DNA from: Pseudomonadota bacterium | GTDB taxonomy: Bacteria > Pseudomonadota > Alphaproteobacteria > MED-G09 | NCBI GenBank assembly: GCA_036230365.1 | Contig: JAZAJI010000016.1 | Location: 1-38,376 of the forward strand | Direction: 5' to 3' | Length of the DNA stretch: 38,376 nt | Part shown: positions 18,120 to 26,685 of the stretch, piece by piece | Layout: each line of letters begins with the position of its first letter | Numbering within the stretch: position 1 is the stretch's first letter | Notes under the pieces: model-generated | Seen by the model: the letters and a program-made list of their open reading frames with translations, nothing else | What the model was told of the DNA's origin: nothing | Database searches by the model: none | Translations under genes and position numbers: made by a program

Positions 18120-18559
18120 ACTTTCAGGATTTAAATATATCAAATATTGAAACTCTAGTTATGCTCATAAATGAAACAAATCAAGAAAAATGGACTAATT
18201 CTGCATTAAGGCATTTAATTCTTAAAGGTAGCGGGGTTGGGTTTATTTTATTTGATTCCTTAAAGCCAATTGGGTTTTGTCTTTCCCGTTATTTAAGTGG
18301 AGAGGCAGAAATTTTATCTATAGGAGTATTGGCTCAATATAGAAAGAAAGGCATGGGAATAATTATAGTTAATAAGCTAGAAGAGTTTTTTTTAAAAAAT
18401 AATATATCTAAGTGTTTTTTAGAGGTTAATGAGTTTAATAAACCAGCAGTAAGTTTTTATAAAAAATTAGGTTTTATTTACATAAAAACATTAAATAAAT
18501 ATTATAGAGGGAAAAATAAACACGAAAATGGGTTATTGTTGCAAAAATTATATAATTAA
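18095..18559 (+). CDS. rimI: Ribosomal-protein-alanine N-acetyltransferase (GNAT)
   Basis: GNAT acetyl-CoA motif (VLAQYRKKGMG), plus LEVNEFNKPAVSFYKKLGF. It sits downstream of tsaB and overlaps it by 25 nt. The start is uncertain. Confidence 0.8.
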   Translation: MVYEKEKLDFQDLNISNIETLVMLINETNQEKWTNSALRHLILKGSGVGFILFDSLKPIGFCLSRYLSGEAEILSIGVLAQYRKKGMGIIIVNKLEEFFLKNNISKCFLEVNEFNKPAVSFYKKLGFIYIKTLNKYYRGKNKHENGLLLQKLYN

Positions 18560-18586
18560 TGCTTATATCATATTTGAGGAATAAAG

Positions 18587-18991
18587 ATGAGTATAGAAAA
18601 CTTATGTGAAGAAAAAGGATTAAGGTTAACAGAGCAAAGAAGAATTATAGCTAGAGTTCTAGATAATTCTAAGGATCATCCAGATGTTGAAGAATTACAC
18701 CGAAGAGCCATTGAGATTGATAAAAATATATCTGTTGCTACTGTTTATAGGACAGTTAGATTATTCGAAGAATCTAGTATTTTGATAAAACACGAATTTG
18801 GAGATGGCCGGTCGCGCTATGAAAATTTTGAAGAATGTGATCATCATGATCATCTTATAGATATTGAAGAAGGTACAATAATTGAATTCCAAAATGAAGA
18901 AATTGAAGCATTGCAAAAGAAAATAGCTGAAGAATTAGGATTTGAACTTATGGATCATAGACTTGAGTTATATGGAAGAAAAAAGCAGTAA
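18587..18991 (+). CDS. fur: Fur-family transcriptional regulator (Fur/Mur type, no Cys4 zinc site)
   Basis: Winged-helix region (LRLTEQRR...ISVATVYRTVRLFEE) and a metal-site HHDHLI motif. A GAGGA SD lies 6 nt upstream of the ATG. Confidence 0.88.
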   Translation: MSIENLCEEKGLRLTEQRRIIARVLDNSKDHPDVEELHRRAIEIDKNISVATVYRTVRLFEESSILIKHEFGDGRSRYENFEECDHHDHLIDIEEGTIIEFQNEEIEALQKKIAEELGFELMDHRLELYGRKKQ

Positions 18992-19003
18992 AGTTATCAG
19001 ATT

Positions 19004-20362
19004 ATGAATCTCAACAAAAACACCCAAAAGGGTCTCTACATTAAAAATTTTGGCTGCCAGATGAATATATATGATGGTGAAAGAATGCAAGAAATGCTTG
19101 AACCACTCAATTACAAGCCATTAGAAAATTCTGATAATGCTGATTTAATTATCCTTAATACTTGTCACATAAGAGAAAAAGCTACTGAAAAAATATATTC
19201 TGAATTAGGCCGTATCAAAAAAAATATCAAAAAAAATGGAAATAACACCACAATAGCTGTTGCAGGTTGTGTTGCCCAAGCAGAAGGGAAAGAATTAGTT
19301 AAAAGGGCGCCAATGATCGACTTAGTTTTTGGCCCTTTAACATACCATCGCCTTCCTAAGATTCTTCAAAGTTTTGATAATAGTAATATAAAAAAAAGAA
19401 AGACGATTATTGATATTGAGCCTCCAATAAATGATAAGTTTAATGTTCTTCCAAAGAGAGTTTCAGATAATAATAAAAATAGTGTAAGTGCTCTCTTATC
19501 CGTTCAAGAAGGCTGTGATAAATTTTGTACTTTTTGTGTTGTTCCTTATACAAGGGGCATTGAAACATCAAGATCTTGTGAACAAATAATTGATGAAGCG
19601 GAGCAATTAATTTCTTCAGGAGTTAAAGAGATAATATTATTAGGCCAAAATGTTAATGCTTGGACAGGAAAGAATTCAAACGAAAAAGAAATGGATTTTT
19701 CTGATCTAATTAACAAATTATCATTACTTGATATTGATAGAATTAGATTTACCACAAGTCATCCAAGAGATATGAATGAAAAATTAATAAAAAGTTTTAG
19801 TAAGGTAGAGAAACTTCAACCATATTTGCATCTGCCGATACAATCAGGATCTGATAGAGTTCTTAAAAATATGAATAGGAATTATAATACTTCGGAATAT
19901 ATAGAAATTATTAACCAACTAAAAATTGAAAAACCTGATATCGCAATCTCAGGAGATTTTATTGTGGGTTTTCCAGGTGAAACAGAAGAAGATTTTATTA
20001 TGACAAAAAAGATAGTTGATAGAATTGGATATGCTCATGCTTACAGCTTCAAATATTCTGCTCGACCGGGAACACCAGCAGCAGAAATGGAAAATCAGGT
20101 TAAGGAAGATGTTAAATCTAGACGATTAATTGAATTACAAAAAACAATCAAAAAAAATATGTTTAAGTATAATAAAAAATTTATGAATAAAACTTTAAAA
20201 GTATTAATTGAAAGAAAAATTAGTTCTGAAGGGATTTATTCAGGAAGATCTCCATTCCTCCAGTCAGTCCATTTTAAGTCAGAAGAATCTAATATTGGTA
20301 AAATTCTTGATATTAAGATTACCAAAGTAAAAGAAAATAGTCTTTTTGGTGAAATAAACTAA
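19004..20362 (+). CDS. miaB: tRNA-2-methylthio-N6-dimethylallyladenosine synthase
   Basis: UPF0004 N-terminal cluster (NFGCQMN...NTCHIRE...GC), radical-SAM CDKFCTFC, and a C-terminal TRAM domain. Confidence 0.95.
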   Translation: MNLNKNTQKGLYIKNFGCQMNIYDGERMQEMLEPLNYKPLENSDNADLIILNTCHIREKATEKIYSELGRIKKNIKKNGNNTTIAVAGCVAQAEGKELVKRAPMIDLVFGPLTYHRLPKILQSFDNSNIKKRKTIIDIEPPINDKFNVLPKRVSDNNKNSVSALLSVQEGCDKFCTFCVVPYTRGIETSRSCEQIIDEAEQLISSGVKEIILLGQNVNAWTGKNSNEKEMDFSDLINKLSLLDIDRIRFTTSHPRDMNEKLIKSFSKVEKLQPYLHLPIQSGSDRVLKNMNRNYNTSEYIEIINQLKIEKPDIAISGDFIVGFPGETEEDFIMTKKIVDRIGYAHAYSFKYSARPGTPAAEMENQVKEDVKSRRLIELQKTIKKNMFKYNKKFMNKTLKVLIERKISSEGIYSGRSPFLQSVHFKSEESNIGKILDIKITKVKENSLFGEIN

Positions 20363-20364
20363 GA

Positions 20365-21327
20365 ATGAAACAAGATAAATTAAAGAGTAAAACTAATAAT
20401 TCCAATCATATAATAGAATTTGAGAAGAATTCTTTTTTGGCAGAACTATATGGGAACCATGATCAAAATCTTGCAAAATTTGAAGAGTATTTTGAAGTTT
20501 CTATTTCATATAGAGGGAATATACTAGAAATCTCTGGTGAGAAAGGGCAAAGTCTCATTGCTGCCGACAAGATTATGGAATTATATAATGAATTAGAAAA
20601 TGGAGATAAAACTGGCATTAAAGACATTGATTCCTTTATTAATAATGAAAGTATAGTTAGGGATAAGTTTCTTATTAAGACAAAAAATAAAAAGATATTT
20701 GCAAGATCAAAAAATCAAGAACGATTTGTGCAGGCTATTAATAATAATGATTTAGTATTTGGTATTGGCCCTGCTGGAACCGGAAAGACTTATCTTGCAG
20801 TAGCAACTGCAGTACAAAGTTTGTTTAATAATTCAGTAAAAAGAATTGTTCTTTCTAGACCTGCAGTAGAAGCCGGTGAAAGATTAGGATTTTTACCAGG
20901 CGATATTAAGGAAAAGATTGATCCTTATTTAAGACCTTTATACGATGCATTAAATGATTTAATGCCAAAAAAAATGCTAGAAAATTATATTGAATCTGGA
21001 ACAATTGAAATTGCCCCCTTAGCCTTTATGAGAGGAAGAACCTTAGAAGACGCGTTTATTATTTTGGATGAGGCGCAGAACACAACAAATATGCAAATGA
21101 AGATGTTTTTAACAAGATTGGGGCGCAATTCTAAAATGGTAATATTAGGAGATATTACACAAATTGATCTTCCGAAAGGTAGTTCATCAGGTTTAAAGGA
21201 AATCTTAAATATTCTTCCTAAATCAAAGGGAATAAAAAAAGTAAACTTCTTACCCAAGGATATAGTAAGACACAAATTAGTTGATAAGATTGTAAATGCA
21301 TATTCTAAATTAGTAAAAAAACAATGA
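20365..21327 (+). CDS. phoH: PhoH-like ATPase (YbeZ)
   Basis: Walker A GPAGTGKT, Walker B ILDEAQN, and GDITQIDLP. The conserved miaB-phoH-ybeY-corC order supports the call. Confidence 0.93.
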   Translation: MKQDKLKSKTNNSNHIIEFEKNSFLAELYGNHDQNLAKFEEYFEVSISYRGNILEISGEKGQSLIAADKIMELYNELENGDKTGIKDIDSFINNESIVRDKFLIKTKNKKIFARSKNQERFVQAINNNDLVFGIGPAGTGKTYLAVATAVQSLFNNSVKRIVLSRPAVEAGERLGFLPGDIKEKIDPYLRPLYDALNDLMPKKMLENYIESGTIEIAPLAFMRGRTLEDAFIILDEAQNTTNMQMKMFLTRLGRNSKMVILGDITQIDLPKGSSSGLKEILNILPKSKGIKKVNFLPKDIVRHKLVDKIVNAYSKLVKKQ

Positions 21328-21794
21328 GACCAACTAATCCTATTTATATATCTTATACAAATGATTGGGAAAAAGAGGATATTGATTTTATTAAGAATAT
21401 TTCAGAGGTTGTTATAGATAAAATGTTTGGTCTTAAAAATTATGAGTTAAGTATTTTATTAACTAATGACAAAGAAATGAAAAAACTTAACAAAAGTTAC
21501 AGAAGTATAAATAAGTCTACAAATGTATTATCATTTTCTTTAAAAGATTCGCTAAAAAAGTCTGACACAACTATGCTTGGCGATATTGTTATTGCTAAAG
21601 AAACTATAAAAACTGAATGTTTTGAGCAAAAGAAATCTTTCAAAGACCATCTTGCTCATATGTTTATTCATGGGTTTTTGCATCTCACAGGTTTTATGCA
21701 TGAAAATGATGATGAAGCTTTAATTATGGAAAAAAAAGAGGCCGAGTTATTAAATTTGGTTGGTGTATCAAACCCTTACGGAGATAATTTATAA
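21324..21794 (+). CDS. ybeY: Endoribonuclease YbeY (16S rRNA maturation)
   Basis: Metal-binding H3xH5xH motif HGFLHLTGFMH. ATGA start/stop overlap with phoH. Confidence 0.93.
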   Translation: MRPTNPIYISYTNDWEKEDIDFIKNISEVVIDKMFGLKNYELSILLTNDKEMKKLNKSYRSINKSTNVLSFSLKDSLKKSDTTMLGDIVIAKETIKTECFEQKKSFKDHLAHMFIHGFLHLTGFMHENDDEALIMEKKEAELLNLVGVSNPYGDNL

Positions 21795-21795
21795 T

Positions 21796-22638
21796 ATGAA
21801 AAATATTTTTTCTAAATTTAGTTTTCTAAAGTCACTAAAGTCATCGCGGTCTAAAGAATTTGATAAAATGCTAGAAAATCCTGATGATTCTTCTAGAAAT
21901 TTTACTGCTGAAGAAAAGGATATGCTAAAAAATGTAATTGGATTTGGCTCTTCAAGAGTTGAAGATTGCATGGTGCCAAGAGCAGATATAATTGGTGTTG
22001 AAAAAGATTCTGAAATTAGTGAAGTTTTGAAGATTTTTTCAGAAACTAACCATTCTCGAATACCTATATATAGGGATAATTTAGACGATCCAATTGGCAT
22101 GCTTCATATGAAAGATCTTATAAGTATCTTTTCTAAAGATAATTTTAACGAACTTAAAATTGAGAACTTTCTTAGAGAAGTTCTTTTTGTTCCTCCCTCA
22201 ATGAAATCTCGGGATTTATTGGTTAGAATGCAAACCTCAAGAATACATATGGCTTTAGTTATAGATGAATATGGTGGAACCGATGGTTTGGTAACTATTG
22301 AAGATTTGATAGAAGAGATTATTGGTGAAATTGAAGATGAACTTTTTGAAGAAGATTTGGATAGAATAAGAATATATGAAAATCACATTGATACTTATGC
22401 AAGAACATCAATAGAGGAAATAAATAAAATTGTTGGCAAGTCGTTGATAACTCAAGATATAGATGAAGAAATTCATACTATTGGAGGACTTGTTTTTGTT
22501 CTAGCTGGAAGAGTACCTCAAAGAGGTGAGCTAATAACCCATCCATCTGGTTTTGAAATTGAAATTACTGATGCAGATTCAAGAAAAATTAAAACAGTAA
22601 GATTAAGAATAAAAGCAGATAAGGAAAGCAATGCATAA
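21796..22638 (+). CDS. corC: CBS-pair/CorC_HlyC transporter-associated protein (CorC/TlyC family)
   Basis: Tandem CBS domains (MVPRADI...HSRIPIY, HMALVIDEYGGTDGLVTIEDLIEEIIGEI) and a C-terminal CorC_HlyC domain. The ORF track starts at 21760, inside ybeY. ATG at 21796, one nt after the ybeY stop, is more likely. Confidence 0.88.
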   Translation: MKNIFSKFSFLKSLKSSRSKEFDKMLENPDDSSRNFTAEEKDMLKNVIGFGSSRVEDCMVPRADIIGVEKDSEISEVLKIFSETNHSRIPIYRDNLDDPIGMLHMKDLISIFSKDNFNELKIENFLREVLFVPPSMKSRDLLVRMQTSRIHMALVIDEYGGTDGLVTIEDLIEEIIGEIEDELFEEDLDRIRIYENHIDTYARTSIEEINKIVGKSLITQDIDEEIHTIGGLVFVLAGRVPQRGELITHPSGFEIEITDADSRKIKTVRLRIKADKESNA

Positions 22639-22661
22639 TATTTCATATCAGATTTTAATCT

Positions 22662-24158
22662 ATGCTTAAGGCATTTTTAGTATCTTCTTTTTTAGGCGCA
22701 GCTCTTGTTCTTGCTCAAGCGCCTTGGGATAACTTCTTTGTTATTTATTTAGTTTTTCCTGCTCTCTTACTTAATCTTGAATATTCAGTTAAGGGCAATA
22801 CGATTTATAAAAGATTTGTATATCTATTTCTATTAATTGGAGCATTTCAGTATTTTTATTATTTCTTTGGGTTCTCTTGGATAATATCAGCCTTTGAATA
22901 CAGAGAAGAATTAGATGGTTTTAAATACATAACTTTATTTGGCCTGCCAATTCTTATGATAATTTTTACATTACCCAGTTTAATAATTCCCGCTATTTTT
23001 TGGAATAATAGAATTATGAGGTTTTTATCCCTTTCAATATCTATATCTTTTGGGGAATATTTAAGGGGTAATATTTTTAGTGGATTTGCCTGGAATAATT
23101 TTTCTTATTCTTTAGGCGTTAATGATAATTTAATGCAAATATTTTCTCTCACAGGTCCATATTTAGCTACTTTTTTATTAATTATACATTCTCAATTTTT
23201 AATATTCTTATATAAAAGAAGAAATATATTATTATCTATCTCATTATTCAGTATATTGCCTGCCATATTCATTTTTGGATATTTTAAAATAGATAAGAAT
23301 GAGTTTATTGAAGAAAAAAGATTTGTAATTGTTCAGCCTAATATTTCGCAAGAAGAGAAAATTAAAAATGATGATCCCTTAAAAACAATTTCAAATTTTT
23401 TAGAATTATCAAATCACAATAGGGTTGATTTAGTTATATGGCCAGAAAGTGCTTTGCCTATTTTAATAGAAGATAATGAAAAGATAACTGAATTTATTAT
23501 CGATAATCTTCCAAAAAATTCATATCTATTAGTTGGTAATTTAACTCGTAATAATAGCTCATATAGAAATTCAGCTCTGTTAATAGATTCTGATTCAAGA
23601 ATTCAAGATATATACGATAAAGTTCATTTAGTACCATTTGGCGAGTATATGCCCTTCAAAAATATATTATCTAAAATTCCTTTCTTTAAAATTGTAACAG
23701 GAGATACTGGTTTTGAAAAAGGTAAGAATAATCAAGCAATTAAAACACCTATTGGAGTTGCAAGAACTGTTATTTGCTATGAAATAATTTTTCCTGAAGA
23801 AATTAATCCCAATAATAATAATATTGATATGATAATCAACTTAACTAATGATGCTTGGTTTGGTAATAGCTCAGGTCCTTATCAACATTTAAATTCAACG
23901 CGATTTAGGGCTATTGAGCAGGGAGTTCCAGTATTGAGAGCGGCTAATACAGGAATATCTGCGGTTATAGATCCTTACGGGAGAATAATAAAAAAAATAA
24001 ATTTAAATGAATCTGGGTATATAGTTTCATCATTACCAAATAAAACAAAAAAAACTCTTTACTCTATAATTGGAGATTTTCTATTTTTTGGTGTATTGAT
24101 GCTATCCGTGTTAATTTTATTGTTAATTAGGATGAATAGAAAAAATGAAAGAATCTAA
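22662..24158 (+). CDS. lnt: Apolipoprotein N-acyltransferase
   Basis: Multi-TM N-terminal half. The C-terminal CN-hydrolase domain has WPESA (Glu), KVHLVPFGEYMP (Lys) and VICYEIIFP (Cys). Confidence 0.92.
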   Translation: MLKAFLVSSFLGAALVLAQAPWDNFFVIYLVFPALLLNLEYSVKGNTIYKRFVYLFLLIGAFQYFYYFFGFSWIISAFEYREELDGFKYITLFGLPILMIIFTLPSLIIPAIFWNNRIMRFLSLSISISFGEYLRGNIFSGFAWNNFSYSLGVNDNLMQIFSLTGPYLATFLLIIHSQFLIFLYKRRNILLSISLFSILPAIFIFGYFKIDKNEFIEEKRFVIVQPNISQEEKIKNDDPLKTISNFLELSNHNRVDLVIWPESALPILIEDNEKITEFIIDNLPKNSYLLVGNLTRNNSSYRNSALLIDSDSRIQDIYDKVHLVPFGEYMPFKNILSKIPFFKIVTGDTGFEKGKNNQAIKTPIGVARTVICYEIIFPEEINPNNNNIDMIINLTNDAWFGNSSGPYQHLNSTRFRAIEQGVPVLRAANTGISAVIDPYGRIIKKINLNESGYIVSSLPNKTKKTLYSIIGDFLFFGVLMLSVLILLLIRMNRKNERI

Positions 24159-25320
24159 AAATAATTACTTTTTTACATCTGAATCTGTGTCCGAAGGCCA
24201 TCCAGATAAAGTATGTGATAAAATATCGGATACAATTTTAGATGCTTATTTAACAATTGATAAAAATGCAAGAGTAGCTGTTGAAGCTCTAGTTACGACA
24301 AATTTAGTAATAGTGTCAGGCGAAATAAATTCTCGAATAATAATACCTGAAAATGAAATTATTTTGCTTACAAGAGAAGTTATTAAGAATATTGGATATG
24401 ATTTTGGAGATTTTAATTGGGAAAGTCTAGAAGTTAAAGTATTTCTCCATGAGCAATCACCTGATATTGCTATTGGAGTCGATGCTAAAGAAGGAAATTC
24501 TGAAGGAGCTGGAGATCAAGGAATTATGTTTGGTTATGCATGTAATGAAACAGACCAATTTATGCCCGCAACCTTATTATATTCACATTATATTTTAAAA
24601 GAGCTTGCAGAAATGAGGCACGCTAAAGGAATTAATGGAATTCTTCCTGATTCAAAATCTCAAATAACTCTTTTTTATGAAAATGATAAGCCTTCATTTA
24701 TAGATTCTATTGTTGTTTCTACTCAACATCATGAGAACACTTCCCAAGAATATATTAATACTGAGATAGATAAAATATGTCGAAGAATCCTACCTAATGA
24801 ATGGTATCGAGATGAAACTAAACTTTTAACCAATCCCACAGGAAAATTTGTCGTAGGCGGACCTGTTGGAGATACAGGCCTAACTGGAAGAAAGATTATA
24901 GTTGATACTTATGGTGGAGCAGCCCCACATGGTGGCGGTGCATTTTCAGGAAAGGATCCTACTAAAGTTGATCGTTCAGCGGCTTATGCATCAAGATATT
25001 TAGCCAAGAATATAGTTAGTTCAGGTATTTCAGATAAGTGCACTATTCAATTATCTTATGCAATTGGAATAAGGGAGCCATTATCACTTTATATTGACCT
25101 TCATAATTCAGATAAAGTTGATTTAAAGAAAGTAGAAGATTTTATAAGAAATAGGATTAATCTATCCCCAAGAGGAATAATTGATCTATTAGGTTTAAAT
25201 AATCCTATTTACTCAGAAACATCTGCGTATGGTCATTTCGGCAGAGAGCCAACTAAAGAAGGCGCTTTCAGTTGGGAAAAGCTTGATTTATCAGAAGAAC
25301 TAAAAAATGAATTCCTTTAG
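24145..25320 (+). CDS. metK: S-adenosylmethionine synthase
   Basis: Motifs SEGHPDK, GAGDQGIMFGYA, DTYGG and GGGAFSGKDPTKVDRS. It overlaps lnt by 14 nt. Confidence 0.98.
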   Translation: MKESKNNYFFTSESVSEGHPDKVCDKISDTILDAYLTIDKNARVAVEALVTTNLVIVSGEINSRIIIPENEIILLTREVIKNIGYDFGDFNWESLEVKVFLHEQSPDIAIGVDAKEGNSEGAGDQGIMFGYACNETDQFMPATLLYSHYILKELAEMRHAKGINGILPDSKSQITLFYENDKPSFIDSIVVSTQHHENTSQEYINTEIDKICRRILPNEWYRDETKLLTNPTGKFVVGGPVGDTGLTGRKIIVDTYGGAAPHGGGAFSGKDPTKVDRSAAYASRYLAKNIVSSGISDKCTIQLSYAIGIREPLSLYIDLHNSDKVDLKKVEDFIRNRINLSPRGIIDLLGLNNPIYSETSAYGHFGREPTKEGAFSWEKLDLSEELKNEFL

Positions 25321-25987
25321 GGGACAAACAGATAAAAAAATTTTTAATTCTAGAAATCGGTCTTTAACTTATAGTCAAAAATCAATTTTTGAATTTTATG
25401 AAAGAAAGCTTTCTATTGAATCCTTTTTAAACATAAAAAATATGAATAATTATAAGAAAAAAATTTTAGAAATTGGCTTTGGAACTGGAAAGACAATTCT
25501 TGAAAGCGCAAGATCTAATCCAGAATCCTTATATGTTGGCATTGAGTATTATAAAAAAGGGATAGCTCAGCTATTAATAGGTATCAAAAGAAATAATTTG
25601 AAAAATATAAGGTTATTTTATGGTAACGCTGAAAATTTTATTAAAATATCAGATAAAAATTTATTCGATGAAATATTAATTATGTTCCCTGATCCTTGGC
25701 CAAAGAAAAAACATTGGAAAAGACGATTTATACAGAAGGATAATGTGAGAAATCTTAAGCGGGTGTTAAGGAATAGAGGAAAAATTTATTTTTTTACCGA
25801 TGACCAAAATCTAGCAATATGGGGGCTGAGAACTTTTTTAGAAGAAAATCTTATTTGGGCAGCAAAGAAACCTTCTGATTGTAAGATAAATACTTTTGAT
25901 TATTCGGAATCGAAGTATGAAAAGAAAGCAAAAAAAGAAAAAAAGAAACCCTACTATTTTAAATTTAATAAAATTGAAATGAATTAA
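25307..25987 (+). CDS. trmB: tRNA (guanine46-N7)-methyltransferase
   Basis: SAM-binding LEIGFGTG and the signature FPDPWPKKKHWKRR. It overlaps metK by 14 nt. Confidence 0.9.
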   Translation: MNSFRGQTDKKIFNSRNRSLTYSQKSIFEFYERKLSIESFLNIKNMNNYKKKILEIGFGTGKTILESARSNPESLYVGIEYYKKGIAQLLIGIKRNNLKNIRLFYGNAENFIKISDKNLFDEILIMFPDPWPKKKHWKRRFIQKDNVRNLKRVLRNRGKIYFFTDDQNLAIWGLRTFLEENLIWAAKKPSDCKINTFDYSESKYEKKAKKEKKKPYYFKFNKIEMN

Positions 25988-26085
25988 AAATATTATATTC
26001 AAATATCATATTCACGATTCTTTAAATACTTGATTTTTATTTATTAATTTGCAATATATAGCCTATATTTCGGTTTATTAGCGAA

Positions 26086-26115
26086 GTGGGTGATTAAAAA
26101 TCTCCCGCTTTTTTT
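26086..26115 (+). terminator. Rho-independent terminator-like hairpin plus T7 tract, 98 nt after trmB and about 20-65 nt before rimP
   Basis: GTGGGTGATT (26086-26095) pairs with AATCTCCCGC (26099-26108). That is 10 positions with one G-U pair and one T-T mismatch, around a 3-nt loop. It is followed by TTTTTTT (26109-26115). There is no T-run on the opposite strand, so it is oriented with the + strand. Confidence 0.6.
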
Positions 26116-26133
26116 ATTATTTAGAGAATTATT

Positions 26134-26664
26134 TTGGACAAAAATTTTAAACATTTAATGGCACCTAAGGGCGAAGATAGTATGGTGTCTGAAGTCTTAA
26201 GAATATTTGAGAAATCAAATTATAATCTTGTTAGATTAATTATGAATTCGGGTAAAGAAAGGCGTATACAAATATTTGCTGAAAATAGCGATCATACTAT
26301 GACATTAGATGATTGCGAGGATGTTAATAACTTAATCCAAGAATATTTCGAAAAAGAACTAAATATAAATGAAAATTATTCTTTGGAGATTTCTTCGCCA
26401 GGAATAGAAAGACCACTTACTAGAAAAAACGATTTTCAAGTTTGGTCTAATAACTATATAAAAGTTAAATTATTTAGACATGAGAAGCTTCCTAGGAGAT
26501 TTGATGCCAAACTTCTAGGGTATTCAAAAGATAAGATTAATATTTTTATAGATGAAACAACTAAAGTAGAATCTGGTAATTATGATTTAAACCCAACCGA
26601 TGTTAAAGAAATCAAATTAGCATGGGCTTCTGGTAAACCGCCCATGCCCAACAAGACATGTTAA
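26134..26664 (+). CDS. rimP: Ribosome maturation factor RimP
   Basis: SSPGIERPL motif and the position upstream of nusA. The start is ambiguous: TTG 26134 (ORF track), ATG 26158 or ATG 26182. The last gives the usual N-terminus (VSEVLRIFEKSNYNLVRL). None has a clear SD. Confidence 0.85.
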   Translation: MDKNFKHLMAPKGEDSMVSEVLRIFEKSNYNLVRLIMNSGKERRIQIFAENSDHTMTLDDCEDVNNLIQEYFEKELNINENYSLEISSPGIERPLTRKNDFQVWSNNYIKVKLFRHEKLPRRFDAKLLGYSKDKINIFIDETTKVESGNYDLNPTDVKEIKLAWASGKPPMPNKTC

Positions 26665-26685
26665 TTGATATTGAAAGGAAATCCT

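Noticed and set aside
21807-21830. TTTCTAAA direct repeat (21809-16 and 21823-30) flanking a perfect 10-bp palindrome CTAAATTTAG (21812-21), at the ybeY/corC junction. The half-sites resemble the Irr ICE box.
   Set aside because: The arrangement is TTTAG-N2-TTCTAAA, not the TTTAGAA-N3-TTCTAAA spacing of the ICE motif. It lies inside the corC coding sequence (codons for FSKFSFLKS), and the A/T-rich words are expected at this composition.
25988-26133. Possibility of a tRNA (as with metY upstream of rimP in E. coli) in the trmB-rimP spacer.
   Set aside because: The sequence is too AT-rich and shows no cloverleaf arms, no GTTC-type T-loop and no acceptor stem. Only the single terminator-like hairpin is present.
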